Assembly (NCBI GenBank): GCA_963765895.1
Contig: CAVXZB010000019.1
Span: forward strand, 32,001 to 96,000
Length of the DNA stretch: 64,000 nucleotides
DNA from: an uncultured Nitrososphaeraceae archaeon
GTDB taxonomy: Archaea; Thermoproteota; Nitrososphaeria; Nitrososphaerales; Nitrososphaeraceae
Reading direction: 5' to 3'
This document shows, piece after piece, positions 39,015 through 51,450 of the stretch; position 1 is the stretch's first letter, and each line of letters begins with the position of its first letter. Made by a program: the position numbers and the translations under genes. The notes under the pieces were generated by a model. It was not told the origin of the DNA, made no database searches, and was given only the letters and a program-made list of their open reading frames with translations.

Positions 39015-39479
39015 GTGAGGTATTTGAAGAAAAATCAAAGGACTACAATAATTATTTACTCGCTTTCTGCAGTGCTCGTTGCTTCGGGAATTGCATACCT
39101 GCTAGTTACTAATAGTGAATATAGTGACTATAGAGATTTAGCTAGTGTAGGTATGAAGGGTAATGAAATTGCAGAGAAGCAATTTGAAATATCGTTCTTT
39201 ATTGTTGCGGCTGCTATCTACTTTGGACTATGCACATGGGTCTTAAAATCCAGAAATAACAGAAGAAAAAAAATACCGTATATTGCTTCGATTGCAGTAT
39301 CAGCTTTCTTAATAGTAGCTTATATAGCATCAAGAACAGTAGGAGTACCGATTGTTGGAGTGGAATATTACGTTGGACGTCTGGATATTCTTACCAAAAT
39401 CCTTCAAGGCATGGTAATTGGATTATCCTGTGTTGCCATCACCAATATGAAAAAACAAGAGTATAGCCGCAGAAAATAG
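39015..39479 (+). CDS. 4-TM membrane protein
   Basis: four hydrophobic segments; SRTVGVP motif. Confidence 0.7.
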   Translation: MRYLKKNQRTTIIIYSLSAVLVASGIAYLLVTNSEYSDYRDLASVGMKGNEIAEKQFEISFFIVAAAIYFGLCTWVLKSRNNRRKKIPYIASIAVSAFLIVAYIASRTVGVPIVGVEYYVGRLDILTKILQGMVIGLSCVAITNMKKQEYSRRK

Positions 39480-40339
39480 ATCAACTATTAGAACCAATAA
39501 GTAAAAGCCGGAGCTTTAGTTTCAATCGTACTTTCTTCAGCATTTATCTTTATATTTTTTGCTTCTTTATCCATATACCTCATACAGCCGTTATCAGGAC
39601 TATAAAAGAACAAGCAAGATAGCCTGTATCATTTCTTATTAAACAGCATCAGATAATGTAGGACTTTAATAGGATGAATACTAAATACATTCAATATAAA
39701 ATGAAGCCAATAGAAACCATATTTTGGTTAGGTACAGCTGGCGTGTTGTATATGGCTGCTAATAACATTGTAAAAAATGTAGCGAAGGACGTAGCAAAGG
39801 ATGTGTTCAAAGAAACCATGAAGCATAGCGACCATAGCCGTTGCATTTGGTGGTAATAGGCAATCAGTCATCAATACCCTGAGCATAATTACTCTCTAGA
39901 GAACCACACTATTTTCATTTAATGGATATTAACCGACTGACTTTCTACGATAGCCGTAAATATGGGGTACTTTGCTCTTAGCTCGTCAGCCTTTTCCTTA
40001 ACTCTCTGATCACTATCTTCTTCCCCTGAAACGCTCATGAATTAAAGACTCTCACCGCAGTAGTTTAACATTGTCAGAATATCCGATAAGCCTTTATTTT
40101 GTACTCGAATATTATTAGCATAACTATGTTAGCAGGAAGCAGATCTATCAGCCTGATATAGAATCAATAAAATGGTCGGTTATAGATAATATCGCTTCTT
40201 AGTATAATGATGGTACCAATAACCCATCAAACGTGCCACCCCTTTTTTAAAAGAAAATAATATTTATCAGCTTGCGTTGATATCTAGATAAAGTCCTACC
40301 AATTTCTTCATTCATTTTATATTAATTTATGGATTTTAT

Positions 40340-41296
40340 GGCTCTGTAGAAACCATGTTCTGAATACCGTTAGAGCTTTCTAGACGTATGATCCAATATG
40401 GATGTTGAAAGAATCAAGATATGTTAGGCTGGCTAATACTATGTACCGTGTCTTGAGAAATTCAAGGATACCATTGTTTCTTCACAGAAAGAGCAATCAT
40501 GCATTTACGATATGGCAGCATTTAGTATTACTTACAATAAGACAGTACGAAGGTAAGAGTTATAGGATGTTTGTCGAGTGGTTAGTCGAGGCACATTACC
40601 TTAGATCGTACCTACGATTGTCACGTATTCCTCATTTTACAACATTGCAAAAGTTTACAGACAGACAGAATTAGCAATTCACTGCTTGAGAAGATAATTT
40701 CGTCATTCATTGTAATTAGCTGTACGAAGCATATCTTTGTAGGAATAGATTCAACAGGATTTAAAATAACTCATGCTTCACAGTATTATGATGAACGAAT
40801 AGAAGCAAGAAGAAAATATGCGAAATTATCTATTAGAGCCGATGTATTACAACAGATTATCTGCAACATAAGGATAAGACGAGCTCCTACAAGACATGAT
40901 AATGTAGATTTCAAGCCAATCATAACAAGGACGTCAAATATCCCTTCCACTATCCGTAGTTACAGCTGATAAGGGATATGATAATGAAGATAATCATCAG
41001 TTGGTAAGAGAAACCTTGCATGCATTCAGTGTTATTCCAGCTCGATATGAACATGTACCGATATGGAGAACACATGGCAGATATAGAAAGCAGATGAAAC
41101 GTGGATATAACGAACTATTGTACAATCAACGAAACAAGGATGAGACCATAATGTCTGTCATAAAACGACTATTTGGAGAATATATTTCTTCAAGGCTAGT
41201 AAAAACACAGAACAGGGAACTATCATTCAGATGCATAGCCTATAACATGCACAGGCTAACGAATATTGTCATTTTTGTGATGATTTCTACATGGCC
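40340..41296 (+). mobile_element. IS5-family copy 3 with frameshifted transposase
   Basis: TIRs GGCTCTGTAGAAA / TTTCTACATGGCC; flanks GATTTTAT / GATTTTAC; ORF pieces 40402..40674 and 41001..41324. Confidence 0.93.
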
Positions 41297-41362
41297 GATT
41301 TTACATAAAAGTCTTAATAAATAGATAGCAAAACTTAATGGCAATGCGTAAGGATATAGGAT

Positions 41363-41755
41363 ATGTCAGATACTCAAAACAAGAATATAGTTAGAAAGTT
41401 CGTCGAAGAAATATTTAATGCCAGGAAAACAGAGTTGGCAAAGGACTTCGTTACACCTGATATAGTTTACCATGGTATGGGTGAAGAGGTTAGTGGTCTA
41501 GAGAATTTCAAACAGTGGGTGGCCGAAGATCTATCCGCATTTCCAGATATGAAGATAACAATACTAGATGAATTTGGAGAAGGAGACAAAATTGCCATTA
41601 GGTGGAGCTTAAACGCTACACATGAAAAAGACTTTGCTGATTTCCCTGCCACTCATAAGAAGTTTGAAGCCCAAGGAGCGGATATCATTCATTTTAAGGG
41701 AGACAAAATAAAGGAGGCATGGACTGTAAGTGACCTGTCTGTGTTGACCAAGTAA
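41363..41755 (+). CDS. SnoaL-like ester cyclase
   Basis: AFPDMKITI, GDKIAIRW, ATH, FKGDKIKEAW. Confidence 0.9.
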   Translation: MSDTQNKNIVRKFVEEIFNARKTELAKDFVTPDIVYHGMGEEVSGLENFKQWVAEDLSAFPDMKITILDEFGEGDKIAIRWSLNATHEKDFADFPATHKKFEAQGADIIHFKGDKIKEAWTVSDLSVLTK

Positions 41756-42617
41756 TCATAATTTGGAGTAAACTCCCTATTATCATTATTATTGATATAG
41801 TAGAACCAACTCCTAACCATCCATGCAAATTCCACTCTAGCCGTTATTGCCCTTATCATTCTAATTTCTATAGTCGTGGGCAAGGTTCAACACATGTCTG
41901 GATTAGTAATAGATATTTAGCCTTTCATTGGTTAATCTGTCCGCCTTAGAAATTGCCGTACTGTTTAAAGATGAATATTCTAAAAAAGAAGTCACTCTAT
42001 AACTTTATGGATGTTACAAAATTATAGTTTCGATTAGTGCATCTTTTACATTGATTGTTAATGTGAACCTATGTCTCAGTTCAATTACTTAATAAAGCAG
42101 CTATTCAATTGTAATTGATGTCATATGACAAACTGGCATGAAAGCCCATTAATGATAGTTAAAAGTGCAGATCCGTCAAAAAATGATGGTGCGAGCCTAA
42201 AGAAAATGCTTGCTGAAATGGAAGCTCTTTTCAGCTAATGGTGGATATTCTCTAAAATCTGTGACGGAATGCAATGGTCAGATCTTTGTATTTCTGATTA
42301 ACGATTCAGAACTGAAAAGGTCCGAAAAAGAACAGCTATAAAAATGACAACAACATAGGCAAAAACTTAAATTTACCGTAATTTACCACCCTTCAACAAA
42401 TCATTTACGTTTTATTCATACCAAGAATCCTTATTACTATAGATTTAAGATTATCTATTTCATAGTGGTCGAAAGGATACGAAAAAATATCATAAACATA
42501 AGAACATAAACGGCATTCCTTCTGCTTATACTCCTAATAAATCCAGCAGGTAAAAATTCCCAAAAAAGTTATTTTAATAATCAAACCGATAATAAGGAGA
42601 ATAATAGATATATAGAC

Positions 42618-43259
42618 ATGAGCATGGGACTAGGAAAAGACAAGAAAAAACTAAATAATAAAACGAAGGATCAAAAGGAAGAGAAGAGGCCATCAGCAAA
42701 GGAAGCAGTCACTCCCGCACCACAACCACTTCAAACAGAAGTATTTAATTCATCTAGTGATAATGCCATGTCAGAAATGAAAGAAGTAGCAGATATGGGA
42801 TCAGATGAGACGACCAAGGTATTCCACGAGGTGGAAGGGACAGAACCACTAGATCCCTTGACCACAAATATTAATGATAGTATTAAAAAAACCGATTCTG
42901 ACCTCACCACACTTTCTCCCATGGCTGAGCCAAGCCTACAAGAAAAAGATCCTCGTCTAATAGAATCAAACGAAGTTGGCATGGCACCTAAGCAGGAGGC
43001 AAAATCAGAAGTCCCTGAAGTTGAAAATGAATCAGCAGGACAAAATTATTTAGATGAACCTGCTACGGTTAATAGCGGGAATAATATATTCTACTCTGAT
43101 TCTTCTAACAGTGATATTTATAATCCATTCATTATAGGAATAAAATTTTGGCAAGCCTGTAGCATAGCCTGGATCAACGCATACGGTGGATTTTTGAAAG
43201 CTTGGCTTGACAATATTAAACTAATTGGAATACCATATGAAAAAAATGACCCACTATAG
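42618..43259 (+). CDS. acidic low-complexity protein with amphipathic C-terminus
   Basis: E/D/P/S-rich body, Trp-rich C-terminal helix. Confidence 0.6.
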   Translation: MSMGLGKDKKKLNNKTKDQKEEKRPSAKEAVTPAPQPLQTEVFNSSSDNAMSEMKEVADMGSDETTKVFHEVEGTEPLDPLTTNINDSIKKTDSDLTTLSPMAEPSLQEKDPRLIESNEVGMAPKQEAKSEVPEVENESAGQNYLDEPATVNSGNNIFYSDSSNSDIYNPFIIGIKFWQACSIAWINAYGGFLKAWLDNIKLIGIPYEKNDPL

Positions 43260-43470
43260 AATGCTGTCGAGGAATTAAACTGGAAAACCACTTATCTCTA
43301 GTTGCAACGTCAATGAATGAAATTGGAGAAATATTCCGAGTTTCAATCCAAGAATATTTATAAAATAACAATATTACCTAATCATAAGGAACCTAAAAAT
43401 AAGTTTTACCTACGAGGTTCAGGCACTGGAAAAAGCGGCAGGCTTACTAGTTTTTATCAAAAGTTAATCA

Positions 43471-45223
43471 TCAGACAGTTGTGTTAGGATGGCCAGTTTT
43501 CTTACTCATAATGTGAGTTTGCATTTCGTAGATTTGTTTAACTTTTTGAAGTGAATCTATATCTGAAGCGAGCTTTGTCCCAGCGTATGTTCTTAATTCT
43601 GGGAAAACGTAAGGCAAAGCCGCTATTGTGTCTATTACTTTTCTGTATACTATCAAATGCAACCTCTATAACTATTTCCGGCTTTACTACAATTCTAATG
43701 CCTTCATCCTTTATTATTATGGATTTTAATTTTTTTGTCATTTCAAGGATTTCTGCGTCAGTCAATCCTGAATAGGCCTTGCCAATTGTTCTCAATTTGC
43801 TATTGGCGTTGATCTCGTCATCTTTTACCGCAAATGTATAATCGGATAACATTCCTGCTCTTTTTCCATGTCCGTACTCGCCTACTATTATAACCACATC
43901 GATAGTATCTAATTCCTTTTTAAGCTTAGCCCAATATCTTCCTCTCTTTCCAGGATGATATTGAGAGTCTGGATCCTTCAGTACAAGTCCTTCATGACCA
44001 ATAAGTCTGCTCTTCTCGAACATTGCAATAATCTCCTCCTCTGAATCTATAACTTTGTACGCAGAGTTAATGAGCGGCTCCTTAAAAAATATATTTGATA
44101 GGATTTCTTTTCTTTCTTTAATTGGCGCTGTAATCAAGTTTTCTCCGTTTAAATACATGATATCATAAACTACGTAAACAAGTGGAATTTCTGTCAATGT
44201 TTGCTCAGTAAGGATCTTTTTGTTAAGCCTTTTTTGGAGTTCTTGAAAATGTAGTGGTTTACCATTTAATACAGCCATCACCTCCCCATCCAAAATGAAA
44301 TCTATATGTGTGGATGATGGTGCAGATGATGGTAACGAATGCACCTCTAATGCGGCATTAACCAATTCAGGAAAAGCGTTCGTAACATCAGAAAGCCTAC
44401 GAGAAAATAGTCTAACTTGCCGTCTAAACTTGTGCATCTGTGCCCGTATCCCATCATACTTAAATTCACAAATCAACGGTTTTCCATAGTATTTCATTAT
44501 CTCTTCGGCGGTAAACATTACATCAGCTAGCATATAGCTCATAGGTGTAAGTGGTTTGATAAGTGCGGTATGCAATAGATTTCTCTTCGCCAACAGCACT
44601 ATCCGGGAAACATCTCCTAAAACGAGCATTGCATTTCTAACACGTTGAAGATCTTGCTGATAAGCTTTTGATATAGCAAGCTCAACTAGGCCTTCGGTCA
44701 GACCAATTCTCAATTCTCCGTTAATAATCCTTGTCAGGTACTTTGCCTCAGCTGGTCCACTTTCAATGAGTAGTCCTTTCAAAATATCTTTCTTATCTTT
44801 TCCAGACCCACTGCCTATAGCATCGGCGATTTGTTTAAGCCGATCATATACTGATAGTACTGTTAAAGGCTGTTGTTGGAAAAGTGATACTACGTTTTTC
44901 ATTGAAACCGTATACTCAGATAGCGCACCGAGATCACCGTACTTCAAGTAGATAGTTTGAATCTGATTTAGATTTAAAATGGCAATTTGAGAAAGGACTT
45001 GCATTATTGTACTAAATCCTATATTCATCACAAATTTTGATCCTTTTGGAAATATTCTATTAGAAAAGAACAGAACAGCAACGGATAAGGATTCATCATC
45101 ATTTAACGAAATAAGATAATTGGAAAGGATATTCACTTTTTCAATTTTACTTGTGGTAGCTCCTATTCTTTCGCAGATTTCTACGAAACATGAGAAGTGA
45201 GTTGAATTACTATTACAGCTAAT
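43471..45223 (-). CDS. lig: ATP-dependent DNA ligase (frameshift near C-terminus; probable ATT start)
   Basis: EFKYDG (motif I), LDGE, YDIMY, EGLVLK, WAKLK, LRFPRI. Confidence 0.93.
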
Positions 45224-46537
45224 AGGGCTACACCTTTCTCAAATATTAGCATCAGATTATAAAAAGAAAACGGCATGTCAATAGAACGATCAAATAAAAC
45301 ATGACATTTGGGGTATTCTGCAGATTTCTACAAAACTGCAAAACATCAAATATGTTTAACCAAACCTCCAGTGTCGAGATATAAGGCAATTAATAAATCC
45401 TGATGTTGTCAACTATATTGTCTCCTACAATTTTCTTGCAATTGGAACTATATAATACGTATGAAATATTTTAGCACCCGCATAGAATGTTCTCCGGTTC
45501 AGTCGCATTGAATGAAAGATGTTAGCATATGTACTACAAGTACACCAATATCAGAGAGAATAAGGTATCACCTAACTTATAGTAGGATTTTAGTACCTGA
45601 TAGCGTTCAGCTGTTATGATGATATAAAAAAGATTATCGTGCACACTAGAACGATAAGTAGCATAGTGTAGATAATTATTTCGTTACCATAAAAACCAAT
45701 GGATTTAAATTTAATGACACCACCGTTCCATCAGTGAGACCAATTCCTTCCACGAAGGCATTTTACTTTAGTTACTGGATTCCATCCACCGAGGTTCTGA
45801 GACGTGTTTTATTTGTTCTTATCCTGTGCTCTATCTTGACAAATATACTTATTTTGTGAATCCATCAAATCATCGACAAGAAAGGGCATACTGACAAGCA
45901 TGTTCAACTCCCAGATTCAGATCTATTATGTAGCAAGATTGGCTTACTGTACATGTCGGTAGTGCTAGACACATTATAAAATCTAAATCAATCGAGACCT
46001 ATTTCAGAATTTAACAGTGGTGTTATGCTGCAAGGACGTTACAAAATAAGATTTTAAAGATCCAATTTAAATTGCCATAATCGGATCCGAGATGGCACAG
46101 CAGATCGATTTTCGACTATTGTTGAGATAAATGCTAGAACAGCTAAAACTAATATTATCTTCTCATAGATAGAGAGGGTGAACAGACATTATATTATATT
46201 ATATTGCAAGTGAATTTTTGACTTTTACGTACTAGAGAACATTATCTGCAAGCGGACTGGCAGCTTCCATACTGAAGGTTTGCTAACAGTTAGAGTGCAA
46301 ATTTACCGTTACCTATGAGTACATTCTTTGAATGTCATTTTAAGTATATTGTTCCTTTATCTTACGTTTTTATGACGTTTGGCGGGATCTTGTCATCATC
46401 TCAAGTCAGTCGTGTATAATGGCATTTTACCATTTAGTAAATTAAACAAGGAACACGAACCGTTTATTAGGAATATGTGTGTGAATTGCGCAATGTATAA
46501 AGAAATTAGATTTGAAAAAGCACATTTTAGGAAAAAG

Positions 46538-47611
46538 ATGACAGATTTGCCCGATGCAGGGGTTTGTTTTATCATACCTTCTCATTATTTTGAGCACAAG
46601 ATTAAGGATGGAAGTGCAGAACAGCGTGACAGAGCCATTTATACTCTGAAAATCACCCAGCTTATAAGGGGACAACGAATGGCTCTAGCAGGATTGCGGG
46701 GCTTGGCTCCATCTGGACATCAAGAAATGCGGCGAGAAATTTATGATATGCAAAACTCGCAAACTCAGACTGAACTTCCTGGTAAACTTGTGCGCCAGGA
46801 AAGCGGAGATGAGACTGGCGATTTGGATGGTGACAATGTTTACAATAATACCGGCAGCGTGCACGAGTTCTACAAAAAGGTATTTAATCGAAATTCCTTG
46901 GACAATCACGGTATGCCAATGGTTTCGTCGGTCCATTTTGCTAGGGACTTTGATAATGCCTTTTGGAACGGTCGTCAGATGGTATATGGCGATGGCGATG
47001 ATGTTGATTTTAATAAACATAAACTAGCAGAACTTCTTGACGTTACGGGCCATGAAATGACGCATGGGGTAACCAACCATACTTCTAACCTTGATTATGT
47101 CGGTGAGTCCGGGGGCTTGAATGAGTCTATGTCAGATTGCTTTGGTATAATGATTTCACAATGGGTAAGCAATCAGACGGTTGATGCTGCTCACTGGTTA
47201 ATAGGCGAAGGGTTAATGATAGATGGTAAAGCACTTCGTTCAATGAAGGATCCGGGGACGGCTAATCAGTACGACGATCAAATCAAAAACTACCGAGACT
47301 ATAGACCTGACATGGATGTTCATACCTCGTCTGGCATAGCAAATTACGCGTTTTATCTTGCGTGCAAGAATGTAGGCGGAAACTCATGGGATAAGATGGG
47401 TAAAGTATGGTATATTACGAACACAGCCAGACTTCGACACAATTCGGGATTTCAAGATGCAACTAACCACACTTTTGATATTGCGGGGTCTCTATTTGGT
47501 GAAGGAAGTTCGGAACAGAATGCAGTATATAACGCCTGGCGTGAGGCTGGCATTGAACCCGAAAAACCTGACTTGGTCGCTAATGTAAGACCCAGGATTA
47601 TAATGAGATGA
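46538..47611 (+). CDS. protealysin-like M4 metallopeptidase
   Basis: short propeptide CFIIP, DNAFWNG.QMVYGDGD, HEMTH, GGLNESMSD, DVHTSSGIAN; likely start ATG 46538 within ORF 46379..47611. Confidence 0.93.
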   Translation: MTDLPDAGVCFIIPSHYFEHKIKDGSAEQRDRAIYTLKITQLIRGQRMALAGLRGLAPSGHQEMRREIYDMQNSQTQTELPGKLVRQESGDETGDLDGDNVYNNTGSVHEFYKKVFNRNSLDNHGMPMVSSVHFARDFDNAFWNGRQMVYGDGDDVDFNKHKLAELLDVTGHEMTHGVTNHTSNLDYVGESGGLNESMSDCFGIMISQWVSNQTVDAAHWLIGEGLMIDGKALRSMKDPGTANQYDDQIKNYRDYRPDMDVHTSSGIANYAFYLACKNVGGNSWDKMGKVWYITNTARLRHNSGFQDATNHTFDIAGSLFGEGSSEQNAVYNAWREAGIEPEKPDLVANVRPRIIMR

Positions 47612-47663
47612 TTTGATGAAAGACAAAGGATTAATTCATTGCTCGGTGATCACATAATACAAT

Positions 47664-47975
47664 TTGAGAATTTCTTTTGAACAGAATGGAGGGATTGCTG
47701 GTCTATCTAAAAAAATTAATTTAGACACCAGTTTTTTACCCTCCGCAGAAGTTCAGCAGGTACAATCAATGGTCGAGAATTCGAATTTCTATGAATTACC
47801 TAACAATACCGGCCAACCCGATCCAAATGCTGCTGACTATCTAAAATACAAGATTACATTGGAATCAGAGGATGGAAGAAAGCATACGGTTGAGACCACA
47901 GATGTTACAACGCCTGCGGCATTAAGTCCTTTTGTTGGATATCTAAGAAAAAAGATCCAAGAACAGAGACGTTAG
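47664..47975 (+). CDS. emfourin (M4 peptidase inhibitor)
   Basis: MRISFEQNGGIAG...AADYLKYKIT...HTVET.D pattern, immediately downstream of the M4 gene. Confidence 0.88.
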   Translation: MRISFEQNGGIAGLSKKINLDTSFLPSAEVQQVQSMVENSNFYELPNNTGQPDPNAADYLKYKITLESEDGRKHTVETTDVTTPAALSPFVGYLRKKIQEQRR

Positions 47976-48529
47976 TTAGAGCAATTTCCATACACGGTAC
48001 CTTTAGGGAGTAAATAAGTGGCTCGGCTATCTTCTAATGAGTCGCTTTAGACCTTGTGTGTTTCTAAGGAAGTTTTACAGAATTATATTCTATCAATCTC
48101 TATTTTTTATCTTTTAAAAATAAAAATATACTGCCCTGAAGATCTAGTGACCATTTGACAACTTGACAAATGCGACGATTTCCAGTTACCAAAAGTGTGC
48201 ATGTACTACCATCATAAAACACATCAGTTTTCGATCCTCCTTATCTTTTCCTAACAGGGAGAATTATCATAATCGCAATCTGATAATGAGTAAAGATACA
48301 AACACTTGGTTCAAGTCTGCAAATCGAAGAGTTGTTCCTATACCTAGTTCCAGACATTTTCCTTCTCGACTAAGAGCCTATCCAAAATTATTCCCGTATT
48401 CGACAGTATAAACATGCTACCAACGCAAAATATCTTTAATTTCTTTTGATACCTAACTAAAAGTTTTTTGAACTTGTTGTGCCAAGAGTTAGTTATTTCT
48501 ACAACCCATTTTCTTTTAGCAGGAAGACG

Positions 48530-48655
48530 ATGATTATCACCACCACTAATCTTTATAATTGGTTGTTCTCCTCTATGTCAAATATGTGGTAGATATCCTT
48601 TATTGGTTCGCGCACTTCGATCGCTTGAAAGTCATATCCTTTATCAAGATATCTT
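48530..48655 (-). pseudogene. IS5-type transposase fragment
   Basis: LDKGYDFQAIE; near copy of 20250-20370. Confidence 0.55.
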
Positions 48656-49126
48656 TGGGATAGGTTCTAAGTTATCTATCGATTTAATTCGTGTGAACAA
48701 TAAGGTAGGTTGTCCGCATTATGGATACTGAATAAGCATGTAGATTAAACCACAATGCTCATCTCAGTTTGAAATCATGACTATATATCCGACCAATAGA
48801 TTAGGCAATCAGTTTCGAATTCCATAATATTATTGCATTGCTATGACTTGCTACCGCGCTAAGCAGGTAAACATTTAGGATTTTTACTAGGAACATTCGC
48901 AGATCGACTGGCTTTTTTTACTCACGAATTAAAATCTGCTCATGGGTTATTAAACGCGTCTTGTCAAACGGACTCGATCCTCCGACCCGAATAAGCAATA
49001 CTGGAATTTAGAAAGTCCTGGCATCTAAATGTAGTTACTAGAATAAGTAATGTTTGACAAATTCTAAAGGGCAAAATCTAACGGGGTAAAAGACTTAACG
49101 GACGCCTGGTATGAAATATGTGAGCA

Positions 49127-51025
49127 TTGGCCAGGGATAATCAAGAAGATTACGAAAATCTCGGTAAAGTACTTAATTCGTTATATGTTAACACGATAAA
49201 ATGCGCGAAAAAGATGATATCTAGGACTAAGTTTGGACCTGGAACACACGAACAGGAATGTAGTCGAGACAATCTGCTATGCTACTTGGCATTAAGAAAG
49301 CATGACATATCAGACTTACAGATACGCTTAGATCAACAGGGTCTTTCATCATTGGGAATGATTGAAAGCAATGTACTTTTCAGTATTGAACAGGTTCTCA
49401 AACATTTTGGAATAACGGCACCAGACCGCGAGACACTATGCAAGGTTTCTGCTCAAGACGGCAATGCAATATTAAATGACCGGGCACAGCTGATGTTTGG
49501 TCACCATGGGAAAGGAAGAAGGACACGAATAATGGTAACTCTTGATGCCTCTGATATTTTTCAATATGACTTAATTGAGTTACTTCTCGAAAACGGGTTA
49601 GATCTTGTTCGAATTAATTGTGCTCACAACACAAAGAGAGAATGGAAGCTGCTGATAGAATCAATACGAATTGCAGAGCAACGATTAATCGAACGTGGAA
49701 AGAAAGTTGGGAATGAGTGTCCTATTTTAATGGATTTAGCGGGTCCTAAAATTCGCACAGGTCAGACGGAACTAACTGTTAGTCCACTGAAAGTTACAGT
49801 GTTAAAAGATCTCCATGGCCGCCCCATTCGATTTGTTGAGGGCTTTTTAGATAGTGAGGCCGACATGACAAAACTAATCACCATGGAAGATGCAGCATCT
49901 AGTTTCGTTATTGCGATATCAAAAATAAATTATGGTGGTTTAGGGAGTTTACAGATCGGCCAGAAAATAACCTTCAGGGACGCAAGGGATCAGAGGCTAC
50001 GCGTCATGACTGTCCTTGAACGCCTAAGTCCATCGAAAGTACGCATCGGATTAGAACATACGGCATATTTAAAGGAGGGTATAAAGTTAGAATGTCAATC
50101 AAATAACGTTAATAATAATAATACTAAATGTTCGTTCACAATTGGTCGAATAATGCCACAGCCTATTGAAATTACCGTTGAAGCTGGAAACACGTTACGG
50201 ATTTACAGGGATGGTTCGAGGCTGGGTCACTTACCTAATGGGCCTGACGGGACACCTGCTGGTATTAGTTGTACACATCCGGAGGTACTTGATCGAGTTT
50301 TTGTTGGCCACAGGGTATTCATAGACGATGGAAAAATTGAGGCGGTAGTAAGGTCGTCGAATAATCAATATCTTGAGTTAGAAGTTGTTTCGCCTAAAGG
50401 GCTAATAGCTAAAATAAAGTCACACAAGGGGATCAATTTTCCGGATTCTTCTGTCAGATTGCCGGCGCTGACTCAGGAAGATATCCTAAATTTACAATTT
50501 GTCACCCAATATGCCGATTTAGTGGGATTAAGTTTTGTCCAAAATCCCGAGGATGTTATTATCTTACAAAGGGAATTATCTAAACTTGGTAATCTAGATA
50601 TAGGTATAGTAGCAAAAATAGAAACAGTTGATTCGACTCATAATTTGGCTAAAATTCTCTTAGCCGGACTAGAATTGCCTAAATTCGCAATCTTAATTGC
50701 AAGAGGTGATTTGGCAGTTGAACTAGGATTTGAAAATCTTGCGTTCGTTCAAGAAGATATATTATGCCTATGCGAATCCGCGCATATTCCTGTTATCCTG
50801 GCAACCCAAATTCTAGAAACACTAACTGAAAGTGGTCTTAGAAGTCGTGCAGAAATTACCGATGCTATAATGGGACAGCGCGCAGAGTGTGTTATGCTCA
50901 ACAATGGAATACATATAGTTGAGGCGCTCAAAACATTAGGAACCCTATTAACCGTAGAAGAGCAACATCAGATTAAGAAACATCGGTTATTCAGGGATTT
51001 TACTCCACAGTCTGATACATTCTGA
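49127..51025 (+). CDS. pyk: pyruvate kinase, long form
   Basis: RTRIMVT, RINCAH, DLAGPKIRTG, IDDG, KGINFP, LSFV, AKIET, IARGDL, ATQILE, RAEITD. Confidence 0.88.
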   Translation: MARDNQEDYENLGKVLNSLYVNTIKCAKKMISRTKFGPGTHEQECSRDNLLCYLALRKHDISDLQIRLDQQGLSSLGMIESNVLFSIEQVLKHFGITAPDRETLCKVSAQDGNAILNDRAQLMFGHHGKGRRTRIMVTLDASDIFQYDLIELLLENGLDLVRINCAHNTKREWKLLIESIRIAEQRLIERGKKVGNECPILMDLAGPKIRTGQTELTVSPLKVTVLKDLHGRPIRFVEGFLDSEADMTKLITMEDAASSFVIAISKINYGGLGSLQIGQKITFRDARDQRLRVMTVLERLSPSKVRIGLEHTAYLKEGIKLECQSNNVNNNNTKCSFTIGRIMPQPIEITVEAGNTLRIYRDGSRLGHLPNGPDGTPAGISCTHPEVLDRVFVGHRVFIDDGKIEAVVRSSNNQYLELEVVSPKGLIAKIKSHKGINFPDSSVRLPALTQEDILNLQFVTQYADLVGLSFVQNPEDVIILQRELSKLGNLDIGIVAKIETVDSTHNLAKILLAGLELPKFAILIARGDLAVELGFENLAFVQEDILCLCESAHIPVILATQILETLTESGLRSRAEITDAIMGQRAECVMLNNGIHIVEALKTLGTLLTVEEQHQIKKHRLFRDFTPQSDTF

Positions 51026-51450
51026 CACGTTCTGACGCAGATCATAATGTCGTTAAAATCGTAGAATTATCATAAATTTACTCTAAAAGTCTGATAATCA
51101 GCCATGCGTCTGACTGATGTTGTAATGCAGTTAATAATTACACAGAACGATTTTTATTATTTGGCTAAAAAATAATCTTTGTATCGATTCTGAGTACAGA
51201 TGGTTACTGCTATTTGCAATCGATTAGCGACTTTCAGGATTAGTGTCTGAGAACATTTAGATCGACCTGTTTATGCCTACCAAAGTGTTATTGAGACTTG
51301 TTTGAGGTAATCCAATTAGGATACATGAGAAAATTACTAATGCCCTCAATTAGAAGTTCTTCCTTGTGACGCGTATCTATCATTCCTGCCAATGGGACGG
51401 TGACACGTTATGGCGACACAGAAATCTTATATAAATATTATACAAATAGT

